In this document: positions 30,016-39,664 of the stretch, piece by piece
How the letters are laid out: every line of letters begins with the position of its first letter
Position numbering within the stretch: the stretch's first letter is position 1
Program-made: the position numbers and the translations under genes
NCBI GenBank assembly: GCA_963668675.2
Contig: CAXXMB010000002.1
Location: forward strand, 1,920,001-1,984,000
Direction of reading: 5' to 3'
Length of the DNA stretch: 64,000 bases
Source: an uncultured Desulfatitalea sp.
Lineage (GTDB): Bacteria > Desulfobacterota > Desulfobacteria > Desulfobacterales > Desulfosarcinaceae
Notes under the pieces: generated by a model
Databases searched by the model: none
What the model was told of the DNA's origin: nothing
What the model saw: the letters and a program-made list of their open reading frames with translations, nothing else

Positions 30016-31899
30016 ATGGCAGGGGAATATGAAAGGGCCATCAGCATCAAAGACGCTATTGATGCCATCAACAATCGGGATCTTCTCTTACCTGCGATTC
30101 AACGAAAATTCGTTTGGAGCAGCCATCAGATATGTGTACTGTTTGATTCCATCATGCGCGGCTACCCCATCAACACCTTCATGCTGTGGCAGATCAAAAG
30201 CGACCATATCAAAAATGATTACAAATTCTATGAGTTTCTGAAGTCCTACTGTCAGCGATTCAATGAAGAAAACCCGCATGTGCCTACGAATGCCAACTTC
30301 AAGGACTTTAAGGCTGTCATCGATGGCCAGCAGCGATTGACCTCTCTATATATCGGTCTTTGCAGTACCTATGCATACAAACAGCCGCGCGTGTGGTGGC
30401 CGAGCACACGGGATGATGGGGTCTTACCGCCAAGAAAGCTCTATCTGGACCTTTTGCAGCCTGTAAAATCCGAAGATGATGAATCTTTGATGTACTACAA
30501 TTTCCGTTTTTTGACAGATAAACAGGTGCAAAGCTCAAAGAGCAGCGAAAAGCCATTAAATCATTGGTTCTGTGTTCATGAAATTCTGAGAATGCCACAG
30601 GTTGATGGGGGGCACCACGTCTGGAGTAAGGTCGTTCAGCCTTATCTTAAAAATGAAGGGTTGGCTGATAACGAATTTGCCCAGGATACGCTCTCTCAAT
30701 TTTATGACGTGATTCGAAATCAGAAAATCATTCATTACTTTAATGAAGCGAGTCAGGAACTCGACCATGTCCTTGATGTATTCATACGCACCAATAGCGG
30801 CGGCACCAAACTCGATTTCTCTGATTTATTGATGTCAATTGCCGTTGCCCATTGGAACGGCGATTTCCGCAAAGAGCTGGATGATGTCATTCACCACATT
30901 CATCAAAGCGTTGATATGGGCTTCTACCTTGAGAGGGACTGGATACTGAAAACCTGTTTGATGTTGACGGGTGTTGATGTAAGGTTCAAGGTTAAAAATT
31001 TCAATGCTGATCAGGTTGCCCATATCCAACGGGAGTGGTTATCCATAAAGGAGTGCATCAAGGCAACCTTCCTTCTTATCCGGCGCTTTGGTATTAATCC
31101 CCAGTCGTTGACTTCCAAAAATGCCGTCATTCCCATTTGCTATTATCTTTACAAAAAACAAAACGACAGCCAGCCACTCTATAAAACCATTAACAATTTG
31201 GCCAAATGCCACGAGCAGCGCGCCGCAATCAGTCAGTGGTTCTATATGGCCTTGCTTAAAGGTGTTTTTGGCGGCCAGGCGGATACCCTGTTGACCAGTA
31301 TGCGAGATGTGCTCGACAAGCACCTTGAAGATTCAGTATTCCCATTGCAAAAGGTTATTGACCGTTATACGGCTACCAATAAAGATCTTCGCTTTGATGA
31401 GGAGTATGTTGAAAGTTTGTTGAATATACAACATGGCGAAGGTCGCTGCAGGGCGCTGTTGCATCTATTGTTTCCGGAAATGAATGTTACCGAGATTTTC
31501 CATATTGACCACCTGCACCCCAGGAGTGCATTTGATAAGAAATGCCTTGCGCAACACTCCTTTCTTCAGGGCAATGATGATCTGTTAGCCTTCTATGGTG
31601 ACCAAACAAATTGGAACAGTATTCCCAACTTGCACCTGTTAAATGATTCTCAAAACATTTCGAAAAAAGATCGCCCCTTGAAGGATTGGATCGAGGATGT
31701 AAACATCCATCTTTCAGCAAAAGACCTACTGGCAGAAGATGTAAGTTTAGAATTCTCACAGTTTAAAACGTTTTACATAAAACGAAGATCAGCTTTAAAA
31801 AGCAGGCTGATTAGTCGTGTTTTTATGTCGGCGTCTTTGCCAGCCGAGGTGACACTGGATGACTCAGACGAAGAGGTGGTGGAAGAGGCCAGGATATGA
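30016..31899 (+). CDS. DUF262 + DUF1524/HNH fusion; GmrSD/BrxU-like type IV restriction nuclease
   Basis: LPAIQRKFVW, IDGQQRLT, FIRTNSGG; HIDHLHP...NLHLL...NISK. Confidence 0.88.
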   Translation: MAGEYERAISIKDAIDAINNRDLLLPAIQRKFVWSSHQICVLFDSIMRGYPINTFMLWQIKSDHIKNDYKFYEFLKSYCQRFNEENPHVPTNANFKDFKAVIDGQQRLTSLYIGLCSTYAYKQPRVWWPSTRDDGVLPPRKLYLDLLQPVKSEDDESLMYYNFRFLTDKQVQSSKSSEKPLNHWFCVHEILRMPQVDGGHHVWSKVVQPYLKNEGLADNEFAQDTLSQFYDVIRNQKIIHYFNEASQELDHVLDVFIRTNSGGTKLDFSDLLMSIAVAHWNGDFRKELDDVIHHIHQSVDMGFYLERDWILKTCLMLTGVDVRFKVKNFNADQVAHIQREWLSIKECIKATFLLIRRFGINPQSLTSKNAVIPICYYLYKKQNDSQPLYKTINNLAKCHEQRAAISQWFYMALLKGVFGGQADTLLTSMRDVLDKHLEDSVFPLQKVIDRYTATNKDLRFDEEYVESLLNIQHGEGRCRALLHLLFPEMNVTEIFHIDHLHPRSAFDKKCLAQHSFLQGNDDLLAFYGDQTNWNSIPNLHLLNDSQNISKKDRPLKDWIEDVNIHLSAKDLLAEDVSLEFSQFKTFYIKRRSALKSRLISRVFMSASLPAEVTLDDSDEEVVEEARI

Positions 31900-34448
31900 A
31901 TACTCAAATTCGCTTAGCATTACTCAGGTTATTTGAAAAACACCGGATTGTTTTCTGGTACGATACCAAAAAAGAATTACGAGATGATTTCGAGGCGATC
32001 GCTTTACCTGAGATCGAGAAGGTGGAGCTTGATAACAACGCATACGGCATCAAATACCGGATGCTGCGCGAGATGCCGAAACAAAAGTTCCTGCTCTACC
32101 ACGAAGGTCCCCAGCCTCCCGATTTGGATAACTGGCTGCTGGATGTGCAGCTATCCCAGGGCGATTTTCGTACCGATCAGGTGGGTATCTGGCTCTCGGA
32201 ACTTGAGCTTGGACTGGAGTTTGCCGATGTGGTGCAGGCCCATGCAGAGTTTTACCAGGCCAACCGCCGGAAAGAGGACCTGAAAGCAATTATGGCGTCA
32301 GATGACACCCATGGACAGATCCGGCTGAAGATGCTGGCTGTGTGTGCAGGGTGTAAATCCGACCCGCGCATGGATACTGTAGTGGTGAACTTGCTACAGG
32401 AGCTCGCGGACGGACGGGACGACAAGATGAAACTGGTTATGCGTTGCGGGCTTGATACATTCCTGTATGATCAGCTGTTTCGCCTCTATGAGTACGCTTC
32501 AACGGAAAAAAGTCTCCGGGATTTTTCGCTTCGTATTTTTAAAGATTGTTATGAGATGGAGGTTGATCAGGCGCAATACTCTGAGAACAGAAAGCGGGAT
32601 CGAGACGAGAGATTAGCGCCTTCACGCATGTCATTGGACATTCAAGTGTTTCTTAAGCACTGGAAAGACAGTCGTAAATTTGAGGCCGGTTACGAAACGC
32701 TCTCGAGTGAATGTGCGGAGGTGCTTTGTATCGAACAGGATTTGGCCAAGCGCGATTTTCGGGAATTGATCGAACTGGATTATTTTCGGCTCATTGACCA
32801 GAAGATCATTAGCGAGCTGGTCAAAGCCGTTTCTGCCCGCACGGTTTCCGCCGGGGATGTCTCCGTGTGGGTTCGCCAGCGACGACAGGGACATTGGTAC
32901 CTGGAATACCGGCACCTGTACAAAGCGATCGATTTTGCTGCACAGTTCATGCACGCCCTTGAGCAGACGAAACTAGACATGAACAGCCTTTCGGATGGTG
33001 TCGATAGGTATGTCCGATATTGGTTTAAGCTCGATCAACTCTATCGTAAATTCAACTACCATGTACGTATGTCCGGTCAGGCATCCTTGATGGGCGAACT
33101 GACCGATCAGGTTGAGAATCTCTATTCCAACAACTTTCTATTAAAGGTCAACAATCGTTGGCAGGGGTTGATGGATGAGACAGATAAATGGTTCGCACCG
33201 CCCACACCGATGCAAAAGAACTTTTTCGAACATTGGGTTCGGCCTTTTCTTAAGAAAGACAACAAGGTTTGCGTTATCATCTCCGATGCCATGCGCTATG
33301 AAATTGGTGATGAACTGATCGGTCTTATTCGCAAGGAAGACCGATATGGCGCTGAGCTCAAGGCGGCCTTGTCCATGTTGCCGAGTTATACCCAACTCGG
33401 CATGGCGGCACTTCTGCCCAACAATGAATTGGAGATTTCAGAAAACGAAACCGGCAAGGTTATTGTGGATGGCCTCAGTTCACAAGGCACTGCCAATCGT
33501 ATCAAAATCTTAGGCCAAGCGCTATCTCAACGAACGGCGATCTGCAAATCAAATGAACTTATGGCGCTGAACAAGGAAGAGTGCCGGGCGTTGGTGCGGG
33601 AGCATGATGTTATATACATTTATCATAACCATATCGATGCTACCGGTGATAAGCGGGATTCCGAAGAACGGGTACTTGAGGCGGTCGAAGAGACGCTGCA
33701 AGAGATCATTCGGATGATCAAGAAGCTTACTGCAGCAAATGCAACCAATTTACTGGTAACGTCAGACCATGGATTTATCTATCAAAACCGTGCCATTGAC
33801 GAGAGTGACTTTTCCGGGTGTGATGCTGAAGGCGACCAGATACTGTTCCGTGACCGTCGTTTTGTGATCGGCAAGGGCTTGAAAGAGATGCCTGGCTTGA
33901 AGAAATTTTCCTGCTCACAACTTGGCCTTACCGGCCAGGTTGAGGTTCAAATTCCAAAATCGATTAATCGCTTGCGGCTGAAGGGCTCCGGCAGCAGGTT
34001 CGTTCACGGCGGGGCTTCACTGCAGGAAGTAGTCATACCGGTAATTCAAATAAACAAGAAACGGCAGAGCGATATTTCAGCCGTTGAAGTGCAGATTATG
34101 CCGGGTGCAAGCTCAGTAATCACCTCCGGACAGATTGCAGTGGCCTTTTATCAGGTTCAACCCGCCACCGAGAAGGTGCAGCCAAGAACCATCAGGGCAG
34201 GCATCTACACCCAAGCGGGCGATCTTATCTCAGATAGCCATGAGCTGATGTTTGATTTTACCTCGGAAAATAGCAGGGAGCGAGAGCTCCAGGTCCGCTT
34301 TGTGCTCACTCGGAAGGCAGACGAGGCCAATGGCCAGGAGGTCGTTTTACGCTTGGATGAAAAACATGCGGGCACATCGCATTACAAAGAATACAAGTCA
34401 ACTCGGTATTCGATGCGGCGTTCGTTTACCAGTGATTTTGATTTTTAG
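31896..34448 (+). CDS. pglZ: BREX-1 phosphatase/nuclease PglZ
   Basis: RIVFWYD, IISDAMRYE, LPSYTQLGMAALLP, VTSDHGF, FVHGGASLQE. Confidence 0.96.
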   Translation: MNTQIRLALLRLFEKHRIVFWYDTKKELRDDFEAIALPEIEKVELDNNAYGIKYRMLREMPKQKFLLYHEGPQPPDLDNWLLDVQLSQGDFRTDQVGIWLSELELGLEFADVVQAHAEFYQANRRKEDLKAIMASDDTHGQIRLKMLAVCAGCKSDPRMDTVVVNLLQELADGRDDKMKLVMRCGLDTFLYDQLFRLYEYASTEKSLRDFSLRIFKDCYEMEVDQAQYSENRKRDRDERLAPSRMSLDIQVFLKHWKDSRKFEAGYETLSSECAEVLCIEQDLAKRDFRELIELDYFRLIDQKIISELVKAVSARTVSAGDVSVWVRQRRQGHWYLEYRHLYKAIDFAAQFMHALEQTKLDMNSLSDGVDRYVRYWFKLDQLYRKFNYHVRMSGQASLMGELTDQVENLYSNNFLLKVNNRWQGLMDETDKWFAPPTPMQKNFFEHWVRPFLKKDNKVCVIISDAMRYEIGDELIGLIRKEDRYGAELKAALSMLPSYTQLGMAALLPNNELEISENETGKVIVDGLSSQGTANRIKILGQALSQRTAICKSNELMALNKEECRALVREHDVIYIYHNHIDATGDKRDSEERVLEAVEETLQEIIRMIKKLTAANATNLLVTSDHGFIYQNRAIDESDFSGCDAEGDQILFRDRRFVIGKGLKEMPGLKKFSCSQLGLTGQVEVQIPKSINRLRLKGSGSRFVHGGASLQEVVIPVIQINKKRQSDISAVEVQIMPGASSVITSGQIAVAFYQVQPATEKVQPRTIRAGIYTQAGDLISDSHELMFDFTSENSRERELQVRFVLTRKADEANGQEVVLRLDEKHAGTSHYKEYKSTRYSMRRSFTSDFDF

Positions 34449-34462
34449 AAAGCAGGCGAACA

Positions 34463-36529
34463 ATGAATGAACTGGACTTAAAAATAAACAAACATTTCCC
34501 AGGGCTCGTTGTCCGTAAGGATCTTGTTAAAACGGTCAAGGGCAATGCCATCGTCCCCTCCTATGTGCTGGAATACCTGCTGGGGCAGTATTGCGCAACC
34601 AGCGATGAAGCCACAATTCAGAGTGGTATCGAGACGGTTAAGGAAATTCTGGCCAAGCACTATGTGCATCGAAATGAGGCAAGGTTAGTCCGGTCCAAAA
34701 TCAAGGAGAAGGGGCGTTACAAGGTCATTGATAAAATCAGCGTTGACCTTAACGATAAAACAGATGTTTACGAGGCTGCTTTTGAGAATCTGGGCATCAA
34801 AAAGATTGTCATCGATTCCGGTACGATCAAAAAACACCCGAAGCTGTTAGTCGGTGGGGTCTGGTGCATCTGTGATATCGAGTACTCTTTTTATGAAGAT
34901 AGCAACACGCCACCTTGGATCTTATCATCTCTCAAGCCTATTCAGCTTTCTCACTTCAATTACGAAAGCTATATCGACGCAAGGAAGGAATTCACCACTG
35001 AAGAATGGATAGACGTCCTACTTCAAAGCATAGGGCTGAATCCGGCGGTTTTCGGACGGCGCAGTAAAATCATTCAGCTGGTTCGTCTAATTCCGTTCTG
35101 TGAACGCAACTACAATTTAATTGAACTCGGCCCAAAAGGCACTGGAAAGTCACATATCTATTCGGAGTTCTCGCCGCATGGAACCTTAGTGTCTGGTGGT
35201 GAGGCAACGCTTGCAAAGCTCTTCATAAATAACACTACAGGTAAAATTGGATTGGTGGGATATTGGGATGTGGTGGCGATGGATGAATTTGCCGGAAGCA
35301 GCAAAAAACCCGACATCAAACTCATTGACACGCTGAAAAACTATATGGCCAACAAATCGTTCAACCGGGGCACCGGCCCACAGGGCGCTGAGGCTTCGAT
35401 GGTCTATATCGGCAATACATCCCACAACGTACCGTATATGCTTAAGCACGACAATCTTTTCATGGATTTGCCCAAAAGCTACCGCAATGCAGATGGACAA
35501 GCCATCCTAGACCGGCTGCATTGGTTTCTTCCGGGCTGGGAAATGGAGAACCTTCGTAACGAGATGTTTTCCAGCGGATATGGTTTCGTCGTGGACTACC
35601 TTGCGGAAATCCTGCGATCACTTAGAAATTATGACTATTCAGATCGGTACAATGAGCACTTCTCCCTTTCCCCTGATATATCAACTCGCGACCGAGACGG
35701 TATCAACAAGACATTCTCCGGCCTGATGAAAATCCTTTTTCCGCATGAAGGTGCCTTAATAAAAGAGATTGAAGAGGTGTTGGTGTTTGCCATTGAAGGC
35801 CGAAAAAGAGTCAAAGATCAGCTCATGCGCATCGATTCAACCTATGCTGATGTTAATTTCGTTTACCTGGATTCTTCTGAAAAACCTATCCTTGTTAGGA
35901 CTCTTGAGGAAAAAGAATACCCCCATTATTATAGCAAAACGACCAATGAAATGGATAACGGAGCACCCGAGCAAAACGATGGCCTATCTGAGCCCGAAGC
36001 CGATCAGCCGGACAATCAAACACAAGAAGCCTCCTTGCCAAAAGAGGGTCATTTAACCTTTCAAGAGAACCAGCGAGGGGTTTCATTCGATTCTTTGATG
36101 GGACCCTACCTGCACGGTGCAAGCAAAATAACCGTCACAGACCCCTACATTCGATTGTTTTTCCAGGTTCGAAATTTTATGGAATTTCTTGAAACGATCG
36201 CGAAATACAAGTCAAAGGATGAAGAGGTGTCTGTTCATTTAATAACTATCGAGGATGAATTCAAAGGGGAACAGCAGAAGGAATATTTCCAAAAAATCAA
36301 GGAGTCGAGCAATGCCGTCGGAATTGATTTTACGTGGGAATTCGATCAAACCGGCACCATTCACGCCCGCCACATTGTGACCGACCATGGCTGGAAAATC
36401 GCACTCGACCGTGGCCTCGATATTTTTCAACACTATGAGATGAACGACGCTTTTACATTTTCCAATCGTTTACAGCAATATCGACCATGCAAAGCCTTTG
36501 AGGTTACTTTTATTAAAAATGAATCTTAA
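34463..36529 (+). CDS. brxL: BrxL variant: AAA+ core with a C-terminal MIT-C/PLD-like domain instead of the Lon protease
   Basis: PSYVLEYLLGQY, ELGPKGTGKSH, VAMDEF; C-terminal VTDPYIR...HARHIVTDHGWKIALDRGLD. Confidence 0.88.
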   Translation: MNELDLKINKHFPGLVVRKDLVKTVKGNAIVPSYVLEYLLGQYCATSDEATIQSGIETVKEILAKHYVHRNEARLVRSKIKEKGRYKVIDKISVDLNDKTDVYEAAFENLGIKKIVIDSGTIKKHPKLLVGGVWCICDIEYSFYEDSNTPPWILSSLKPIQLSHFNYESYIDARKEFTTEEWIDVLLQSIGLNPAVFGRRSKIIQLVRLIPFCERNYNLIELGPKGTGKSHIYSEFSPHGTLVSGGEATLAKLFINNTTGKIGLVGYWDVVAMDEFAGSSKKPDIKLIDTLKNYMANKSFNRGTGPQGAEASMVYIGNTSHNVPYMLKHDNLFMDLPKSYRNADGQAILDRLHWFLPGWEMENLRNEMFSSGYGFVVDYLAEILRSLRNYDYSDRYNEHFSLSPDISTRDRDGINKTFSGLMKILFPHEGALIKEIEEVLVFAIEGRKRVKDQLMRIDSTYADVNFVYLDSSEKPILVRTLEEKEYPHYYSKTTNEMDNGAPEQNDGLSEPEADQPDNQTQEASLPKEGHLTFQENQRGVSFDSLMGPYLHGASKITVTDPYIRLFFQVRNFMEFLETIAKYKSKDEEVSVHLITIEDEFKGEQQKEYFQKIKESSNAVGIDFTWEFDQTGTIHARHIVTDHGWKIALDRGLDIFQHYEMNDAFTFSNRLQQYRPCKAFEVTFIKNES

Positions 36530-36992
36530 ACCCTACATTAATCGTTCAACATGAGGATAATGCTCGGCGTTCGAAATATGTCATACAACATATAGGGTTT
36601 ATTTTTTGTAGGATATAAATGAGATAGCCGAATATGTGATACGAGAATAATGTCTATAGTGCGCTTCAAATCTAATTAATTCTCTTCTCTTCGAAGATGC
36701 ACACCTGCCTTATTGCATTCATACCCCTCCAATACTCACTCATTACACAATCAGAAAGATCTACACTTCCCCAAATAATATCCCCCAGAACCGGTCATTT
36801 CTGATACAAAACCGCGATTTCGACAGTACTAAAAATCCAATTTTGAAAAAGATTTCCCTCCAAAACCACCCCCCATCAAGCATTCAACCACCCAAATCCA
36901 TCATATTCCAAACCATCTATATATATAGATTCCTGAAGTCATCCGCCTGTTTTCAATTTTCAAAACCTTCCAACAAACCAAGGAGGCAATCC

Positions 36993-37337
36993 ATGCTCAA
37001 TTCATGCGTTCTAACCGGCAACCTGGGCGCCGACCCCGAGATTTTCTATTCAAGCGACGGCGATCCGATTGCCACATTCAACCTGGCCTTCCGATCATCC
37101 AAGAAAAAGACCGGCTGGATCAAAGTCACATGCTTTAACAAACTTGCAGACATCACAGAGCGCCATCTGCATAAGGGTGCACGTATCGCCGTTGTTGGCA
37201 CTCTCGATCAAAACAAATGGGAGACAGACGAGGGCGTAACACGATCAACCTATCAACTGATCGCAAACTCCATCGAATTCATCAAAACCGACGGCAGGGG
37301 ATTCAACGACAACCAATCCGACGATGTTCCCATCTAA
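36993..37337 (+). CDS. ssb: Single-stranded DNA-binding protein
   Basis: MLNSCVLTGNLGADPE, KGARIAVVG, acidic tail DDVPI; AGGAGG RBS. Confidence 0.93.
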   Translation: MLNSCVLTGNLGADPEIFYSSDGDPIATFNLAFRSSKKKTGWIKVTCFNKLADITERHLHKGARIAVVGTLDQNKWETDEGVTRSTYQLIANSIEFIKTDGRGFNDNQSDDVPI

Positions 37338-37351
37338 AAACAAGGAGGGCG

Positions 37352-37489
37352 ATGAAAAAGCGAACCGTAGAATTGATCATCGCAATAGGCCTGGAGCTAC
37401 TGGACTGGCTATCCATCATACTATCAGAAAAACGAAGGAGTAAAACCAATGACAGCGAAAGAGCTTCAAAAGAGAAACGGCAAAGCTGA
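37352..37489 (+). CDS. Small hypothetical protein (45 aa)
   Basis: AGGAGG RBS; hydrophobic helix followed by a basic tail. Confidence 0.4.
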   Translation: MKKRTVELIIAIGLELLDWLSIILSEKRRSKTNDSERASKEKRQS

Positions 37490-38429
37490 GCAGTTGAAAG
37501 TCCTTCAAAGCGAGGACGGACAATTCTTTGTTGAAAGCGGAGAGGGCAAGATCCTTTACAACGTGGTTTTAAATGACAGCGGAGACTCATGCACGTGTGG
37601 AGATTGGGCCAAGAACAGCAAACGAGACCCCAACTTTCACTGCAAACACATCCTGGCCGTATACAACGCCATCCCCAAAAAGCAGGTTGAAAGCGCCACC
37701 TTCCTGGAAAAACCAATGGCCCGGTTGGACGAACGCTGGATCACCAAGATCGAGGGAAGGGAGTTCGTCAAATATCCGGGCCTGTTGGATCTCGCGCATC
37801 AAAAAGGCATCTCAAGCATCGAAGTGGAAATCGTCCAGATGCCCACCAAGGAGAATGGGAATTTTGCCGTATGCCGGGCGACCGTTATGAGCAAGGTGGG
37901 GGAGACCTATTCCGACATCGGAGACGCATCACCAGCTAACACCAACAGTAAGGTGTCAAAGCATCTCCTGCGAATGGCCAGCACCCGTGCCATTGCCAGA
38001 GCACTTCGATCCTATACCAATGTGGGCATGACGGCATTGGAAGAACTCGCAGACTTCAATGAAATAACAACCGAAGGAGGACAGCATGCAAATCCTGCAA
38101 AACCTAAAACCACGAAAAAAGCTGTACCGAAAACCCAGAAAAAGGCGGTGGCTCCTGCTGCAAAGCAAAAAGCAGACCCAGAACCGGTGGCATCTGCCGT
38201 GGAAAAGCAGGCCCAAAAAGAGTCGTCTGGCAAGGATGATCCAAAGGATAGTGCCCGCCCTGGGATGAGCGAGGCCCAACGGCGTGCCATTTTCAACCTG
38301 TCCAGGCGCCGGGGCATCAGCGTGGATGAGATCAAGTCCATGGCAGAACAATCCTACGGTGTGGAGTTCGACAACCTAACGGCAACTGATGCATCGGCGT
38401 TCATCCGACAACTGCAGACAGCGGCGTAA
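37449..38429 (+). CDS. SWIM zinc finger fused to a putative single-strand annealing (Rad52/Sak/ERF-like) domain
   Basis: CTCGD...CKHILAV; CRATV...YSDIGDA...MASTRAIARALR; C-terminal MSEAQRRAI...ASAFI helical tail. Confidence 0.7.
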   Translation: MTAKELQKRNGKAEQLKVLQSEDGQFFVESGEGKILYNVVLNDSGDSCTCGDWAKNSKRDPNFHCKHILAVYNAIPKKQVESATFLEKPMARLDERWITKIEGREFVKYPGLLDLAHQKGISSIEVEIVQMPTKENGNFAVCRATVMSKVGETYSDIGDASPANTNSKVSKHLLRMASTRAIARALRSYTNVGMTALEELADFNEITTEGGQHANPAKPKTTKKAVPKTQKKAVAPAAKQKADPEPVASAVEKQAQKESSGKDDPKDSARPGMSEAQRRAIFNLSRRRGISVDEIKSMAEQSYGVEFDNLTATDASAFIRQLQTAA

Positions 38430-38463
38430 CCTAATTAAAGCATATCATTATCCTATGCTTTAT

Positions 38464-38516
38464 CGAAGGCGGTAGGCGGAACCTAACTGTGACTGTCTGG
38501 GAACCTACCGCCTTCG
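38464..38516. repeat. Perfect 13-bp inverted repeat with a 27-nt loop
   Basis: CGAAGGCGGTAGG / CCTACCGCCTTCG. Confidence 0.8.
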
Positions 38517-38574
38517 TGTATAAAAATCCGCCGTATGCAGCGCTTTTAGAATCAACCTAACAAGGAGATTGAAA

Positions 38575-39402
38575 ATGGTTTTAAGTGAGCTTAGGCAAAC
38601 GCCCCACCTATCGGCATCGAGCATAAATGAATATGTCGAGTGCTCTTTGCTGTATAGGTTCGGCAGGATCGACAAGCTGCCTATGGAATTCAAGTCGGAT
38701 GCCTTGGAGTTTGGCACCTGCATCCATCGAGTGCTTGAAGAATATTACAGCGCCAGGATGATCGGCGACCGGATGCTGTTAAAGGATGTGCATGAGTACT
38801 TCGTATTCAAATGGTTGGAGATTGCCAAAGGTCGCACCGATATCAAATATGCCGACGGAAACGATTACAATTCATACCTGATGTACGGAAGAGACCTTCT
38901 TACCGCCTGGTACAATAAACTTCCCGATGACGATTTTACCATCCTGGCCATAGAGGAAGCATTCAGTTTCAACCTGCCGGGTATCGATATTCCCATCATC
39001 GGCGCAATGGATCTGGTCGAACAGGACAGCTCCGGCACCATCATCATTACGGATTTCAAGACATCGGGTCGGGCCTACTCAAAAGACGAAGTGGACCAGA
39101 ACCAGCAGCTGACCATGTATCAGATCGCCGCCAAGCAAAACGGTTATGGCGATCATGAGATCCTGCTGCGCTTCGATACCTTGATCAAGACCAAGACCCC
39201 GAAGTTCGAACAATACTGGACCACCCGTACCGAGCTTGATGAACTGCGCCTGATCAAAAAGGCCAGGCAGGTGTGGGACGGGATCTCAAAGGAAGTGTTC
39301 GTACCCAACGATACCAGCTGGAAGTGTAAAGGGTGCGCATACAAACAGGCCTGTGACGCCTATCTGGAAGGAGAAGAGTATGACCAAGCGAGCAATCAAT
39401 AA
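38575..39402 (+). CDS. RecB/AddB/Cas4-like PD-(D/E)xK exonuclease
   Basis: HLSASSINEYVEC, FGTCIH, GAMDLV, DFKTS, QLTMY, CKGCAYKQAC. Confidence 0.9.
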   Translation: MVLSELRQTPHLSASSINEYVECSLLYRFGRIDKLPMEFKSDALEFGTCIHRVLEEYYSARMIGDRMLLKDVHEYFVFKWLEIAKGRTDIKYADGNDYNSYLMYGRDLLTAWYNKLPDDDFTILAIEEAFSFNLPGIDIPIIGAMDLVEQDSSGTIIITDFKTSGRAYSKDEVDQNQQLTMYQIAAKQNGYGDHEILLRFDTLIKTKTPKFEQYWTTRTELDELRLIKKARQVWDGISKEVFVPNDTSWKCKGCAYKQACDAYLEGEEYDQASNQ

Positions 39403-39664
39403 TGTTCAGGAGTTTTTGACCTTCATGCAGTCGGATGGTGATCGGGTCTATCAAATCGTCAACGTAGAGCTGCTGCTCAGGAGACATCCTCCCGATGCAG
39501 TCATCACCTTTTTGCAGGAGCTTCACAAGGATTATGGAAAGGCCCTGTCCAAGATTATCAGAGAGGACAAGACCAGTTCCCAGATCAATGAGTTGGTGGC
39601 CAAACGGTTCAGGATCAAGATGGCGATCAACACCATCCGTAACCTTGAAAAGGAGGCGGCATGA
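39380..39664 (+). CDS. Hypothetical protein
   Basis: Overlaps both neighbours in the operon; AGGAG RBS. Confidence 0.65.
   Translation: MTKRAINNVQEFLTFMQSDGDRVYQIVNVELLLRRHPPDAVITFLQELHKDYGKALSKIIREDKTSSQINELVAKRFRIKMAINTIRNLEKEAA

Noticed and set aside
38575..39402. cas4 as evidence of CRISPR-Cas
   Set aside because: There is no array or cas1/cas2; the context is a recombination operon.
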